Counted from the stretch's first letter, positions 20,967-32,158 are shown. The stretch is DNA of 39,122 nt from a virus (IMGVR_UViG_2869924733_000008); one strand, 5' to 3'. Notes: generated by a model not told the origin, from the letters alone. Numbers and translations are program-made.

Positions 20967-22475
20967 CGGGCCTTGCGGCGGATTTTCTTCGGTGTTGTCA
21001 ATTTCAGTGTCGTCAATTTCGATGTCCCCGCTCAGGTCAATACCGCTGTACGGGCTGTCCTGCGCAGTCGCCAGCCGTTCGCGTACTTCGTTATTGGTCA
21101 CTGCTCCGGTGCTCTCATAAATCTGATCCGTTTCCGCCTCAGTTTTACGGATATTCGCCAGTTGCTCGCGCGTCAGCTCATGCAGGGGTTCAAATTCAAA
21201 CGTGATATCAGGATCGATATCGCCGAACTCAGACAACTGGATAATATCCAGCACCTTTTTCAGCGGTTTCTTCAGAAGACGGGTGGCAAGTGCAGCAATG
21301 GTGTCGTAAAACCCCCGGATTTCACCCTCACTCGACGCATTCAGTCCCGTTGGGCTCAGCCCGGCGAATTTTACGGACGGTATGGCACTGACAAAGAACA
21401 TGTGTTCCTGTACCTGCGCCTGAAGGGTGTCGAGGCCGCTCAGGGGAGTGTTGAACTGGAAAAACTCTTCGTTCGTCTTGTCCAGCATCAGCAGCCCGCG
21501 GTTATCACGGGTACGGTTAAACAACTCCGCGCGTTTTGCGTAATTCGGGTCCCTTTTACCACTTAATACCTGTGTCATATCCGTCTTAATCCCGCTCAGC
21601 GAAAACGAATGCAGCATATCGCCCACGCTGTCGCGTGTTCGCAGCCAGTTATCAACATAAGGCTCAGCAATCTGAACCAGTGACAGGCCGCCAAAGTTGT
21701 AGGCCGGCTTCAGCATGTCCGGAACCGGACGGGAGATCAGATCAATCATGCGGCTGGCGTGAACCGTTTTTCCCATTACGTACCATTCGGACGGACGGTA
21801 AAAATCATCACTCAGCGGATTATCCGCGTTATATATACCCGGATACGTCCAGACGGGTTCAATAACACGAAGCCCCAGCAGGGAACCTTTCGGGATTTTT
21901 TTGTCGGAAATAAACAGTCCGGATCCCAGCTCCGCCGGGTCAGTCCAGGCAGATATACCCGATGGCGAACGCACATCAATATAAATCTGCCCTCGCCCGA
22001 AAAAGCCGTCGTGCTCAATCGCCAGTCTGAAAACGTCCTGTACGTTATAGTGCTCCAGTGCGTCAGTAAGCTGCGCTATGCGTGACGCGTGGCTGTCGTC
22101 CCCTTCTCCGACCGCCTTAACCTTTATCCACTTACGGGTCATCTCCTCGGCAAGCACACTGACCATACGCCGGTACTCCGGTAACTGCGCCTGAAGTGCC
22201 AGATACGGATAGCCCGGGAAACCACCATAAACAAAATCAGGATAATGACTGTTCAGGGTGTCATACGGTGTTGCATCCATTGCCAGCACAGCATCGCGAA
22301 CCGGTGCCGGGATAACGCCCGGTGGTGGCTCATAGCGAACAAACTCCCTCCGTGGTTTCTGCCGGACGGAAGCGATCACCTCATCGTTAATTTCCGGTGG
22401 CTGTGGTTCAGGTTGTTTGTCCGGTACCGCCGGCGCTGACGGTTCTTTTCGTTTAAACGGCCACATCAGATCCAC
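20925..22475 (-). CDS. Portal protein (putative)
   Basis: 516-aa ORF immediately downstream of the terminase large subunit gene, with an acidic C-terminus. Confidence 0.6.
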   Translation of the reverse strand: MDLMWPFKRKEPSAPAVPDKQPEPQPPEINDEVIASVRQKPRREFVRYEPPPGVIPAPVRDAVLAMDATPYDTLNSHYPDFVYGGFPGYPYLALQAQLPEYRRMVSVLAEEMTRKWIKVKAVGEGDDSHASRIAQLTDALEHYNVQDVFRLAIEHDGFFGRGQIYIDVRSPSGISAWTDPAELGSGLFISDKKIPKGSLLGLRVIEPVWTYPGIYNADNPLSDDFYRPSEWYVMGKTVHASRMIDLISRPVPDMLKPAYNFGGLSLVQIAEPYVDNWLRTRDSVGDMLHSFSLSGIKTDMTQVLSGKRDPNYAKRAELFNRTRDNRGLLMLDKTNEEFFQFNTPLSGLDTLQAQVQEHMFFVSAIPSVKFAGLSPTGLNASSEGEIRGFYDTIAALATRLLKKPLKKVLDIIQLSEFGDIDPDITFEFEPLHELTREQLANIRKTEAETDQIYESTGAVTNNEVRERLATAQDSPYSGIDLSGDIEIDDTEIDNTEENPPQGPNADPEADFTQRGD

Positions 22476-23754
22476 TCCATAAAGTCATCAGAAATTACGA
22501 TGGGCATTTCCATCGGGGCATAAGCAATCATCACAGAATCAGCCAGGTTTGGAGATTTCGTTCCGTCAGGTTGCTTATCCACAAGAATTTTTCCGGTGGC
22601 ATTTTTTGACCAGGTAGGTTGTGACAGCTCCATCAACAGCCGGTCTTTATTTTCCATTGTGCTGCTGATGGAAATAATCTCATCCGGGTCATACTCCATA
22701 CCCTGTAGTGCACGAAATGTATTGCGGAATAATTTGCGAAGATGCCACCACCCCTGGGCTTTGGCATTGACAAAAAAGTCCTTATTCAGACGAGCCGGTT
22801 TACCATTATCACCGGGAACAGCTTCATTTTCAGGATGAAACACGCTCCCGCTGCCCCGGAATGGAGTGGCGGTGATTTGACAGATGCCCTCCGCTTCACG
22901 CAGTTCGTTGATAGCGCGCGCATCACCACGAACGCCAGCACCCAATCCGTCCTCATCAAAGCGAAACTCATCGGCACCAAAGTCATCGCACAGACCAAAA
23001 ACCTTAACCACAGAGTCATAGATGTCACTCCCCTTACCTGACCACTCCTGTACGTCATTCAGCAGGATGCCATAACGGAGCGAACAGGCGTTTTTATCCC
23101 GCCCTTCGTCGGCGACATCCATTGCACCAAGCCGTTGGCCGCCGGGCTGAATGCCCAGTCTGATATGTGCATCAACCGCAGCCTGTACCCATTCTGAGGG
23201 GATCAGGATGCCTTCTGCTGATGCCTGGTAATTAAGATCCAGTTCCTGGGCAACGATGACTGGGTTATCAATTTTCTCGCACTCCTTGTGATACCACTCA
23301 TCGTCTTTACGCGGATCGCTACGCCAGTGAAACGTAAACACCGGGATTTTTCCACTGTGCCGCTTCTGTGCGAAGGGGTTGTTCATGCCGTTAACCGATG
23401 AGAGATCGATACGACGTCGGGTTGTCTGAGAAAGCGCGGCATCAATAAGTAATGGTCGCTGGAGAAAAGCAGCCTCATCCACAAAATAAAGGGTCGTACG
23501 GTCACCACGACCGATATTATCGCCAGCCTCACCTTTGATAACCGCGCCAGTTTCAGGAAACTCAACACGCATATATGGCGCATGCTTCTTCTCGCTCCAC
23601 GAACCGCGAAACTCTACAGGTAGTGTTTCCACGAACTTGCACGCCTTCCAGAACAATGCTTTCGGGTCACCGGTGCTGTCGACGTATTCCTCTTTACGGG
23701 AGCCGAAACCGATAACCATTTCTTTGTTGAAGAGACAAAGCGAGCAGGCCAGAG
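22466..23754 (-). pseudogene. Terminase large subunit gene, 5'-truncated by IS600
   Basis: Walker-B-like [11 protein letters not shown] is present but no Walker A lies upstream; the frame runs straight into the IS600 end at 23755 (the apparent Met at 23770 is IS sequence). Confidence 0.65.
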
Positions 23755-24283
23755 TGAGGTGTACTGGCAATAGCGGACACTACCATTTGTTCTTTTTTTA
23801 AGCAGCCATCTGATGATATTTTTCCCTGAAGGCTGCCGGGGAGATATTCCCCAGACGAGAGTGACGACGCTGACGATTGTAGAAAATCTCAATGTATTCC
23901 CGTATTACTGAGATGGCTTCATCCCGGTTATTAAAACGATAGTGGCTCAGGCTCTCATTTTTCAGCGTTCCCCAGAAGCTTTCCATCGGAGCGTTGTCGT
24001 AACTGTTACCTTTACGCGACATTGATGTTTTCAGACCAAACTGCTCCTGTATGACCCGGTAATCGTATGCGCAGTACTGTGAACCTCGATCAGAGTGGTG
24101 GATTAGCCCGGCAGGTGGGCGCTGGCTCCTGAGCGCCATAAACAGGGCTTTACCTGTCAGCTCTTTTGTCATGCGCTCTCCCATGGCGTAGCTAGACTGG
24201 CCCCCTGAATCTCCAGACAACCAGTATCACTTAAATAAGTGATAGTCTTAATACTAGTTTTTAGACTAGTCATTGGAGTACAG

Positions 24284-24649
24284 ATGATTGATGTCTTAGG
24301 GCCGGAGAAACGCAGACGGCGTACCACACAGGAAAAGATCGCAATTGTTCAGCAGAGCTTTGAACCGGGGATGACGGTCTCCCTCGTTGCCCGGCAACAT
24401 GGTGTAGCAGCCAGCCAGTTATTTCTCTGGCGTAAGCAATACCAGGAAGGAAGTCTTACTGCTGTGGCCGCCGGAGAACAGGTTGTTCCTGCCTCTGAAC
24501 TTGCTGCCGCCATGAAGCAGATTAAAGAACTCCAGCGCCTGCTCGGCAAGAAAACGATGGAAAATGAACTCCTCAAAGAAGCCGTTGAATATGGACGGGC
24601 AAAAAAGTGGATAGCGCACGCGCCCTTATTGCCCGGGGATGGGGAGTAA
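24284..24649 (+). CDS. insC: IS2 InsC (orfA, 121 aa)
   Basis: [47 protein letters not shown]... matches recalled IS2 InsC. Confidence 0.9.
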
Positions 24650-25512
24650 GCTTAGTCAGCCGTTGTCTCCGGGTGTCGCGTGCGCAGTTGCACGTCATTC
24701 TCAGACGAACCGATGACTGGATGGATGGCCGCCGCAGTCGTCACACTGATGATACGGATGTGCTTCTCCGTATACACCATGTTATCGGAGAGCTGCCCAC
24801 GTATGGTTATCGTCGGGTATGGGCGCTGCTTCGCAGACAGGCAGAACTTGATGGTATGCCTGCGATCAATGCCAAACGTGTTTACCGGATCATGCGCCAG
24901 AATGCGCTGTTGCTTGAGCGAAAACCTGCTGTACCGCCATCGAAACGGGCACATACAGGCAGAGTGGCCGTGAAAGAAAGCAATCAGCGATGGTGCTCTG
25001 ACGGGTTCGAGTTCTGCTGTGATAACGGAGAGAGACTGCGTGTCACGTTCGCGCTGGACTGCTGTGATCGTGAGGCACTGCACTGGGCGGTGACTACCGG
25101 CGGCTTCAACAGTGAAACAGTACAGGACGTCATGCTGGGAGCGGTGGAACGCCGCTTCGGCAACGATCTTCCGTCGTCTCCAGTGGAGTGGCTGACGGAT
25201 AATGGTTCATGCTACCGGGCTAATGAAACACGCCAGTTCGCCCGGATGTTGGGACTTGAACCGAAGAACACGGCGGTGCGGAGTCCGGAGAGTAACGGAA
25301 TAGCAGAGAGCTTCGTGAAAACGATAAAGCGTGACTACATCAGTATCATGCCCAAACCAGACGGGTTAACGGCAGCAAAGAACCTTGCAGAGGCGTTCGA
25401 GCATTATAACGAATGGCATCCGCATAGTGCGCTGGGTTATCGCTCGCCACGGGAATATCTGCGGCAGCGGGCTTGTAATGGGTTAAGTGATAACAGATGT
25501 CTGGAAATATAG
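24607..25512 (+). CDS. insD: IS2 InsD (orfB, 301 aa)
   Basis: [41 protein letters not shown]... matches recalled IS2 InsD. Confidence 0.9.
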
Positions 25513-26029
25513 GGGCAAATCCAGTAGCCGACAATTTCGCACGTATAAACATCTTTGATGCCAGCGAAGTACAACCATCCCTCCTGTGTGGCAACATACG
25601 TCAGGTCCGCCACCCAGACCTGATTTGGTGCTGTAGGAGCGAACGTCTGGTTCAGCAGATTTGGCGCAACTGGCAGATTGTGGTTCGGGTTCGTAGTCGC
25701 TCTGAACTTGCGTTTCTGCTTACAGCGTAGCCTTAGCTCCTTACGAAGACGTGCCAGTCGGTCACGACCAACGATGATGCCATTCTCTGCCAGCTCCGTC
25801 TGGAGCCGCCGGGTTCCATATGTTTCGCGAGTGCGGATATGTGCCACCTTAATCTCCAGTTTTAGCCGCTCATCACTTTGTTTTCTGTCTGAGGGTTCAT
25901 GCTGTACCCAGTTGTAATAACCGCTCCTGGATACACCAAATACCTGACACATCGCTTCAATGGGAAATTGTTGTCGCCATTGTTCGATTAACGCGTATTT
26001 TTCAGCGACTCCTGTGCAAAATACGCTGT

Positions 26030-27250
26030 TGTAGATTCAATCTGTCAATGCAACACCCCTTTCAATTATCTCTTTCGGTGTTTTGAACTTCAGTGTCTTT
26101 CTCGGTCTGTTGTTTAGCTGAGCAGCAACCAGATCTAGTTCATGTTGAGTATATTGGGCAAGACATGTCTTTTTAGGAAAGTACTGCCGAATTAGCCCAT
26201 TTGTGTTCTCATTTGTTCCCCGCTGCCAAGGACTCTGAGGATCGCAGAAGTAAACTTTAACGCCGGTGCTGACAGTAAATTCTAGATGTCTGGCCAGTTC
26301 CATTCCTCTGTCCCATGTCAGTGATTTTCTGAGTTCTGACGGTAAACTCAGGAATTTGTCGGTAAGAGCCTGATTTACTGAGACAGAATCTTTGCCCCTG
26401 AGTCTAAGGATGATCGTATAACGTGATTTTCGGTCTACAAGTGTGGCTATATGAGAGTTTTTTGTACCTGAGACTAAATCGCCCTCCCAATGCCCCAGAG
26501 AGCGTCTGTTATCGATATTTCGGGAACGTTCGTGAATTGGTGTTCCGTTCACTATGTTAATCGTACCTCTTTCGCCTTTGCGGGTATGACGCCTGCCATG
26601 GCGAAGGCTATGCGACCGTCGCAGATGCTGTATATTCAGGTGGTGTAGCGCTTCACGGCTACGAAAGTACAGCGTTTTATAAATTGTCTCAGGTGATATT
26701 CGCAGCGTTTTTTGACGTGGTTTTGTTCGCCTTAACCATCCTGATATTTGCTCTGGAGACCATTTCATCTCCAGCTTTTCCAGAACAAGCTTTCGCAATG
26801 GTAAATTTTGATCCAGTAAGCACGGTTTTGGCCTTTTCGCCATTCTGTTGGCTCGGTTATTAGCATCAACAGCTTTGTAATAGCGTCTGCCCCGATTACG
26901 CTGAACTTCACGTGAGATCGTCGAAGGACTGCGATTCAGCGCAGTAGCTATCGCACGAATGCTCATTTTGGCTGACAAACCAGCTCGTATCTCCTCGCGC
27001 TCAGACAGTGTCAGGTGAGCTACAGCCCGCTTACGCTCATGGGGTTTTATGCCGCCAGTATCCCTTAACATAGTGAAGATCGTTCCGGGTTTTGAACCCA
27101 GGATATTCGCTATTTCACTGAAGCCTGTTCCGTTCTTCCATAGTTCAAAAACAGAGGCTTTTTCCTCTGCTGTAAATGTTCGTCTCATTCAAAAAACCTC
27201 CGCAACCCCATGTTTTCACATAACTGTTGCGTTGACCAATTGAATCTACA
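26030..27250 (-). mobile_element. IS30 (1221 bp) inside IS600 copy 2
   Basis: IS30 terminal repeats at both ends; 2-bp duplication (GT on the plus strand) at 26028-29 and 27251-52. Confidence 0.9.
26037..27188 (-). CDS. insI: IS30 transposase (383 aa)
   Basis: [38 protein letters not shown]... full length, identical to the other intact copies. Confidence 0.95.
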   Translation of the reverse strand: MRRTFTAEEKASVFELWKNGTGFSEIANILGSKPGTIFTMLRDTGGIKPHERKRAVAHLTLSEREEIRAGLSAKMSIRAIATALNRSPSTISREVQRNRGRRYYKAVDANNRANRMAKRPKPCLLDQNLPLRKLVLEKLEMKWSPEQISGWLRRTKPRQKTLRISPETIYKTLYFRSREALHHLNIQHLRRSHSLRHGRRHTRKGERGTINIVNGTPIHERSRNIDNRRSLGHWEGDLVSGTKNSHIATLVDRKSRYTIILRLRGKDSVSVNQALTDKFLSLPSELRKSLTWDRGMELARHLEFTVSTGVKVYFCDPQSPWQRGTNENTNGLIRQYFPKKTCLAQYTQHELDLVAAQLNNRPRKTLKFKTPKEIIERGVALTD

Positions 27251-27952
27251 GTTGCTTTTTTTAATATATCTCGCTCAAGGCGAGCTTCATTTAACGCCTT
27301 ACGCAGTTGCAGAATTTCAGATTCCAGTTCAGCCACCGTGCGGGAACCAGGAGTACCGAGCCCTTTTCTGGCGGCGGTAACCCATTGTCCTAAAGTGCCT
27401 TCAGGAAGGGATAATCGGGAAGCGCCTTCACTGATCGAAAATTGATTTTCAAGAACCGTTCTGACAGCTTCGGCTTTGAACTCTTTAGAGTAACGTTGGG
27501 TTTTTCTGCTCATTATTAGCTCCTTCTGATGCCATTCTATTTCAGGAAGGAGTGTCCGTTAAACTCAGGCTACCTCAGGTCTTCCGACGATTCTGTCATT
27601 GTTCATTAAGCAAAAGTTTCCATGCTGTTTGTGCTTATTCTAAGCAACCGGGCAGCATCATACGGGGCAATTATGGCCGCATTACCATACATGCAACTGT
27701 ACATAGCTAATTACCTGGCTGACACCATGCATTTGTCAGCAGAGGAGCACGGCGCGTATTTGTTGCTGATGTTCAATTACTGGCAAACAGGAAAGCCAAT
27801 ACCCAAAAACAGGTTGGCAAAAATTGCCCGTCTGACTAACGAGCGATGGGTTGATGTTGAACCATCCTTGCGGGAGTTTTTTTGTGATAACGGCGACGAA
27901 TGGATGCATCTTCGGATTGAGGAAGATCTGGCATCTGTCAGTGGATTTGCCC

Positions 27953-28858
27953 CTATATTTCCAGACATCTGTTATCACTTAACCCATTACAAGCCCGCTG
28001 CCGCAGATATTCCCGTGGCGAGCGATAACCCAGCGCACTATGCGGATGCCATTCGTTATAATGCTCGAACGCCTCTGCAAGGTTCTTTGCTGCCGTTAAC
28101 CCGTCTGGTTTGGGCATGATACTGATGTAGTCACGCTTTATCGTTTTCACGAAGCTCTCTGCTATTCCGTTACTCTCCGGACTCCGCACCGCCGTGTTCT
28201 TCGGTTCAAGTCCCAACATCCGGGCGAACTGGCGTGTTTCATTAGCCCGGTAGCATGAACCATTATCCGTCAGCCACTCCACTGGAGACGACGGAAGATC
28301 GTTGCCGAAGCGGCGTTCCACCGCTCCCAGCATGACGTCCTGTACTGTTTCACTGTTGAAGCCGCCGGTAGTCACCGCCCAGTGCAGTGCCTCACGATCA
28401 CAGCAGTCCAGCGCGAACGTGACACGCAGTCTCTCTCCGTTATCACAGCAGAACTCGAACCCGTCAGAGCACCATCGCTGATTGCTTTCTTTCACGGCCA
28501 CTCTGCCTGTATGTGCCCGTTTCGATGGCGGTACAGCAGGTTTTCGCTCAAGCAACAGCGCATTCTGGCGCATGATCCGGTAAACACGTTTGGCATTAAT
28601 CGCAGGCATACCATCAAGTTCTGCCTGTCTGCGAAGCAGCGCCCATACCCGACGATAACCATACGTGGGCAGCTCTCCGATAACATGGTGTATACGGAGA
28701 AGCACATCCGTATCATCAGTGTGACGACTGCGGCGGCCATCCATCCAGTCATCGGTTCGTCTGAGAATGACGTGCAACTGCGCACGCGACACCCGGAGAC
28801 AACGGCTGACTAAGCTTACTCCCCATCCCCGGGCAATAAGGGCGCGTGCGCTATCCAC
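27953..28858 (-). CDS. insD: IS2 InsD (orfB, 301 aa)
   Basis: Same protein as 24607-25512, apart from one substitution. Confidence 0.9.
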
Positions 28859-29181
28859 TTTTTTGCCCGTCCATATTCAACGGCTTCTTTGAGGAGTTCA
28901 TTTTCCATCGTTTTCTTGCCGAGCAGGCGCTGGAGTTCTTTAATCTGCTTCATGGCGGCAGTAAGTTCAGAGGCAGGAACAACCTGTTCTCCGGCGGCCA
29001 CAGCAGTAAGACTTCCTTCCTGGTATTGCTTACGCCAGAGAAATAACTGGCTGGCTGCTACACCATGTTGCCGGGCAACGAGGGAGACCGTCATCCCCGG
29101 TTCAAAGCTCTGCTGAACAATTGCGATCTTTTCCTGTGTGGTACGCCGTCTGCGTTTCTCCGGCCCTAAGACATCAATCAT
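28816..29181 (-). CDS. insC: IS2 InsC (orfA, 121 aa), cut off from the IS2 left end by IS630
   Basis: [13 protein letters not shown]...; the longer ORF to 29238 is read-through from the IS630 end. Confidence 0.85.
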
Positions 29182-29198
29182 CTGTACTCCAATGACTA

Positions 29199-30351
29199 AA
29201 TAGCTGCGCTTAATACCGCTACACTTTTGCCAGTCCATGTTTGCCTCCGGGGAATGGGCTGACGGTTTCCATAAAATGGCGAACTTTTTTCAACAGTTGC
29301 CACATTGAGCGGCACTGATGATTACGCGTTATTGTGTCGTGAAGTGCCTGCCATAGCCGTTCAACATGATTCACCCATGGCGAGTAAACCGGCTGATAAA
29401 TGACCCTGAACTTCGGGTTCTCCTTCAGCCAGCTCTGTGTTTCCCGGCTTTTGTGGATAATGTAGTTGTCCACGATCAGCGTGATGGTTTTCGCCCGACG
29501 GTATGTCGCTTTAAGCCGCTTCAGCAGGCTGATGAACAGCGCCGAACTTTTGCTGTTGCCGCCCACATAGCTGACTTTACCTGTCCCGCTGTGCAGCGCT
29601 CCGGCCAGATAATATTTTTCATTCTGTCCCGGCGTGACCACCCGTTTTTGCTGTCCGCGCAGTTGCCAGTCCGCACCGATTTTGGGATAAAGATGGATAT
29701 CCACTTCATCTTCATAAAAGACCGGATGCTCTGCGCTGCATTCGTCCAGTGCTTTATGGATTGCTGCCATCTTTTCATCTTTATGCGGGTCACGGATACG
29801 CAGAGTTGGCGCAGCCCTTCGCCACACAATCCCCGCAGACGGCAACCAGCGGCGAACGGTTCCGGCATTTAACTGGCAACCGGTTATCTCATTGATTTTT
29901 ATTGCCAGCAGTTCTGTACTCCAGCGTGAACGCTGGTAGACAAAGTCGCCGGGAGAATGTTTTACCAGCTCACGTAACAGTGTGCAGATATGCTCAAACG
30001 GCCAGCGACGGGCACGCCCGGCAGGTAATGATTTCAGTCCCTCAACACCCGACTGCGTGAACCAGTTAATCCAGCGTCCAACAGAGGAACGGGCGCAGCA
30101 GAGCGTTCTGGCAACGTCGCTGACACGGTCGCCCCGGTGCAGCATCAGCATGGCAGTCAGTCTGCGGGCATAATTTTTATCGTGTGTTTTATGGATGGCT
30201 TTCTGCATCAGGCGTCGTTCGTCACGGGAAATTGGTGCTATGATCGGCATTGCTCAGTCCGGTTGGTGATTTGTTTTGATTTGGCGATTGATCAGATCGC
30301 ACAATCCGGGCTAAGTTCCCTCAAAGTGATCTACTATTCCGCGCAGCTATT
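29199..30351 (-). mobile_element. IS630 (1153 bp) inserted in the IS2 left-end region
   Basis: Terminal repeats AATAGCTGCGC.../...GCGCAGCTATT; TA duplication inside the IS2 sequence ..AGACTAGTC.. (CTAG target). Confidence 0.85.
29219..30250 (-). CDS. IS630 transposase (Tc1/mariner superfamily, 343 aa)
   Basis: [31 protein letters not shown]... matches recalled IS630 transposase; size is exact. Confidence 0.85.
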   Translation of the reverse strand: MPIIAPISRDERRLMQKAIHKTHDKNYARRLTAMLMLHRGDRVSDVARTLCCARSSVGRWINWFTQSGVEGLKSLPAGRARRWPFEHICTLLRELVKHSPGDFVYQRSRWSTELLAIKINEITGCQLNAGTVRRWLPSAGIVWRRAAPTLRIRDPHKDEKMAAIHKALDECSAEHPVFYEDEVDIHLYPKIGADWQLRGQQKRVVTPGQNEKYYLAGALHSGTGKVSYVGGNSKSSALFISLLKRLKATYRRAKTITLIVDNYIIHKSRETQSWLKENPKFRVIYQPVYSPWVNHVERLWQALHDTITRNHQCRSMWQLLKKVRHFMETVSPFPGGKHGLAKV

Positions 30352-30536
30352 TAGTCTAAAAACTAGTATTAAGACTATCACTTATTTAAGTGATACTGGT
30401 TGTCTGGAGATTCAGGGGGCCAGTCTAGTCAGAGAAAAATTAACCAAAAAATCAGCCGCAGGAAAAGCATCTGTTCAGGCCAGAAGAAGCAGAAAGGAAG
30501 CAGATGTTCAAACAAAACAAGAGAGAAATTTAACAG

Positions 30537-31289
30537 GTGTTCGAACATGATGCCAACACAAAGGCAACTAATAAAGATACAGATAAAGCTCTAAAAACAG
30601 ATCTAACCCATCCCAAACCCTTCCCTTCCGGAAGGGAGTTTCGGGATTTTGTGGCTGGAGTGCTTGAGGGGAGATTATCTGGCGGTACTGCAGCGGAATT
30701 TTGTAATTCTGCGGTGGTTGCGTTGCAGGCTGCTGGCCTGGATGTCTGTCGTGAGTATCCGGTGCCAGAGCGTGGTGACGGTTGCGGAGGGCGGATTGAT
30801 ATCGTCGTGACTGACAGGAACGGTGTCCGGTGTGGGATCGAGCTTGACCGAAATTCTCCGCGACAGAAATCACTGCTCAAAATCGGTGCTGTTGAAACCG
30901 GGATATGTGTCTTGCGGCGCAGTGATATCGCAAGGCACACCGAGCAGGGAATTCTGGTTATCGGTGGGGCTGTTCGCCAGAAAAAATTTGACCCGTTGTC
31001 AGTTGATCTGCCCGACTGGTTGCCAGAAACACTCTGGCATGAGTGGGTCCAGTTCAGGCAGGCATTGCGAAAACCGATTCGAACGGAGCAGGGCGCTAAC
31101 GGGGCGATACGGGAACTGGAAAAATTCCGTCAGCAGGGTTTTACACCTGAGCAGGTGATTCGACACAGCATCGCCAATGAATACCATGGTCTGTTCGCGC
31201 CGAAAGGTGTTCGGCCTGAGACGTTGCTCCGACAGGTTAACACCGTCTCGTTGCCGGACAGTGCGATCCCGCCAGGCTTCAGGGGGTAA
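30537..31289 (+). CDS. Phage replication protein with DnaT-like C-terminal domain
   Basis: C-terminus ..VNTVSLPDSAIPPGFRG parallels the recalled E. coli DnaT C-terminus (..NTVSEPDSQIPPGFRG). Apparent GTG start overlaps the stop of the upstream DUF1376 ORF; the two may be one frameshifted gene or two genes. Confidence 0.5.
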   Translation: MFEHDANTKATNKDTDKALKTDLTHPKPFPSGREFRDFVAGVLEGRLSGGTAAEFCNSAVVALQAAGLDVCREYPVPERGDGCGGRIDIVVTDRNGVRCGIELDRNSPRQKSLLKIGAVETGICVLRRSDIARHTEQGILVIGGAVRQKKFDPLSVDLPDWLPETLWHEWVQFRQALRKPIRTEQGANGAIRELEKFRQQGFTPEQVIRHSIANEYHGLFAPKGVRPETLLRQVNTVSLPDSAIPPGFRG

Positions 31290-31295
31290 CAGACC

Positions 31296-32042
31296 ATGAA
31301 AAATATTGCGACAGGAGGCGTTCTGGAGCGTATCCGCAGACTGACCCCACCACATGTAACCGCCCCATTCAGAACGGTTGCGGAGTGGCGCGAGTGGCAA
31401 CTTGCTGAAGGCCAGAAACGTTGCGAGGAGATCAACCGCCTGAATCGTCAGTTGCGGGTGGAAAAAATCCTGAACCGCTCCGGCATCCAGCCGTTGCACC
31501 GGAAGTGTTCGTTTGCGAATTACCGGGCGCAGAACGACGGTCAGCGACATGCACTGAGTCAGGCGAAATCCATAGCTGACGAACTGATGACAGGCTGTAC
31601 GAATTTTGTGTTCAGCGGTAAGCCCGGCACCGGAAAAAATCATCTTGCAGCCGCGATTGGCAACCGGCTGATGGCGAAGGGGCGTAGCGTGATTATCGTC
31701 ACCGTGTCCGATGTCATGAGCGTGTTGCATGAGAGCTACGACAACGGCAAATCCGGTGAAAAATTTTTACAGGAGCTTTGTGGTGTTGACCTGCTGGTCC
31801 TGGATGAAATTGGCATGCAGCGGGATACGAAAAACGAGCAGGTGGTACTGAACCAGATTGTTGATCGCCGGACGGCATCGTTACGCGGTGTGGGGATGCT
31901 GACAAATATTAACCATGCAGCGATGAATACACTTCTCGGCGAGCGGGTGATGGATCGCATGGTCATGAACGGCGGGCGCTGGGTGAATTTTAACTGGGAG
32001 AGCTGGCGTCCGAATGTTAGCCATTCGAGGGTTGTTAAGTAG
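31296..32042 (+). CDS. DnaC-like helicase loader (IstB-type AAA+ ATPase)
   Basis: Walker A GKPGTGKNHLAAAIG and Walker B LLVLDEIG; 248 aa; typical replication-module partner of the DnaT/YdaU-like gene. Confidence 0.85.
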   Translation: MKNIATGGVLERIRRLTPPHVTAPFRTVAEWREWQLAEGQKRCEEINRLNRQLRVEKILNRSGIQPLHRKCSFANYRAQNDGQRHALSQAKSIADELMTGCTNFVFSGKPGTGKNHLAAAIGNRLMAKGRSVIIVTVSDVMSVLHESYDNGKSGEKFLQELCGVDLLVLDEIGMQRDTKNEQVVLNQIVDRRTASLRGVGMLTNINHAAMNTLLGERVMDRMVMNGGRWVNFNWESWRPNVSHSRVVK

Positions 32043-32056
32043 TTTCAGGAGGATTT

Positions 32057-32158
32057 ATGGCGAAACCTTTTACTCCCGAACAGCGGGAAGAACTGAAGAC
32101 GCGAATTGTGGAACTCGTGCATCAGGACGGTCGGGTCACGATTCGGCAGTTGTCAGAT
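32057..32158 (+). pseudogene. Small phage gene truncated after 34 codons by the IS911 end
   Basis: MAKPFTPEQREELKTRIVELVHQDGRVTIRQLSD, then a TGA supplied by the first bases of the IS911 inverted repeat. Confidence 0.4.

Larger units (their letters stand above)
24193..25523 (+). mobile_element. IS2 copy A (1331 bp)
   Basis: Ends TAGACTGGCCCCCTGAATCTCC... and ...GGGGCAAATCCA; 5-bp target duplication GTAGC (24188-92 and 25524-28). Confidence 0.9.
23798..25952 (-). pseudogene. IS600 orfB interrupted by IS2
   Basis: Protein reads ..[10 protein letters not shown], then IS2; it resumes with [10 protein letters not shown]... at 24192. Confidence 0.8.
25988..27513 (-). pseudogene. IS600 orfA interrupted by IS30 (copy 2)
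   Basis: Same junction as copy 1 (..ILKKAT then the IS30 end); stop codon at 25988-90 after the IS30. Confidence 0.75.
23755..27577 (-). mobile_element. IS600 copy 2, carrying IS2 in orfB and IS30 in orfA
   Basis: Span of 3823 bp equals 1264 + 1331 + 5 + 1221 + 2. No target duplication: terminase sequence on one side, the upstream region of the replication gene on the other. Confidence 0.75.
27942..30427 (-). mobile_element. IS2 copy B containing a nested IS630
   Basis: 2486 bp = 1331 + 1153 + 2; 5-bp target duplication GTCAG (27937-41 and 30428-32). Confidence 0.9.
27673..30550 (+). pseudogene. Phage replication gene with DUF1376 (YdaU-like) N-terminal domain, interrupted by IS2 (which contains IS630)
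   Basis: MAALPYMQLYIANYLADTMHLSAEEHGAYLLLMFNYWQTG fits the DUF1376 hallmark. The frame is cut at 27941 and resumes at 30433 (..EDLASV|REKLTKKSAAGK..) to a stop at 30548-50. Confidence 0.65.

Noticed and set aside
30137-30594. ORFs 30137-30550 and 30400-30594 spanning the IS630 end, the IS2 end and the replication gene
   Set aside because: Chimeric read-through across IS junctions; their N-terminal parts are antisense IS sequence.
30700-30860. Possible PD-(D/E)xK-like nuclease motif (RIDIVV...GIELD) in the DnaT-like protein
   Set aside because: The spacing and residues do not match the canonical motif well enough to call by eye; kept only as a prompt for profile searching.
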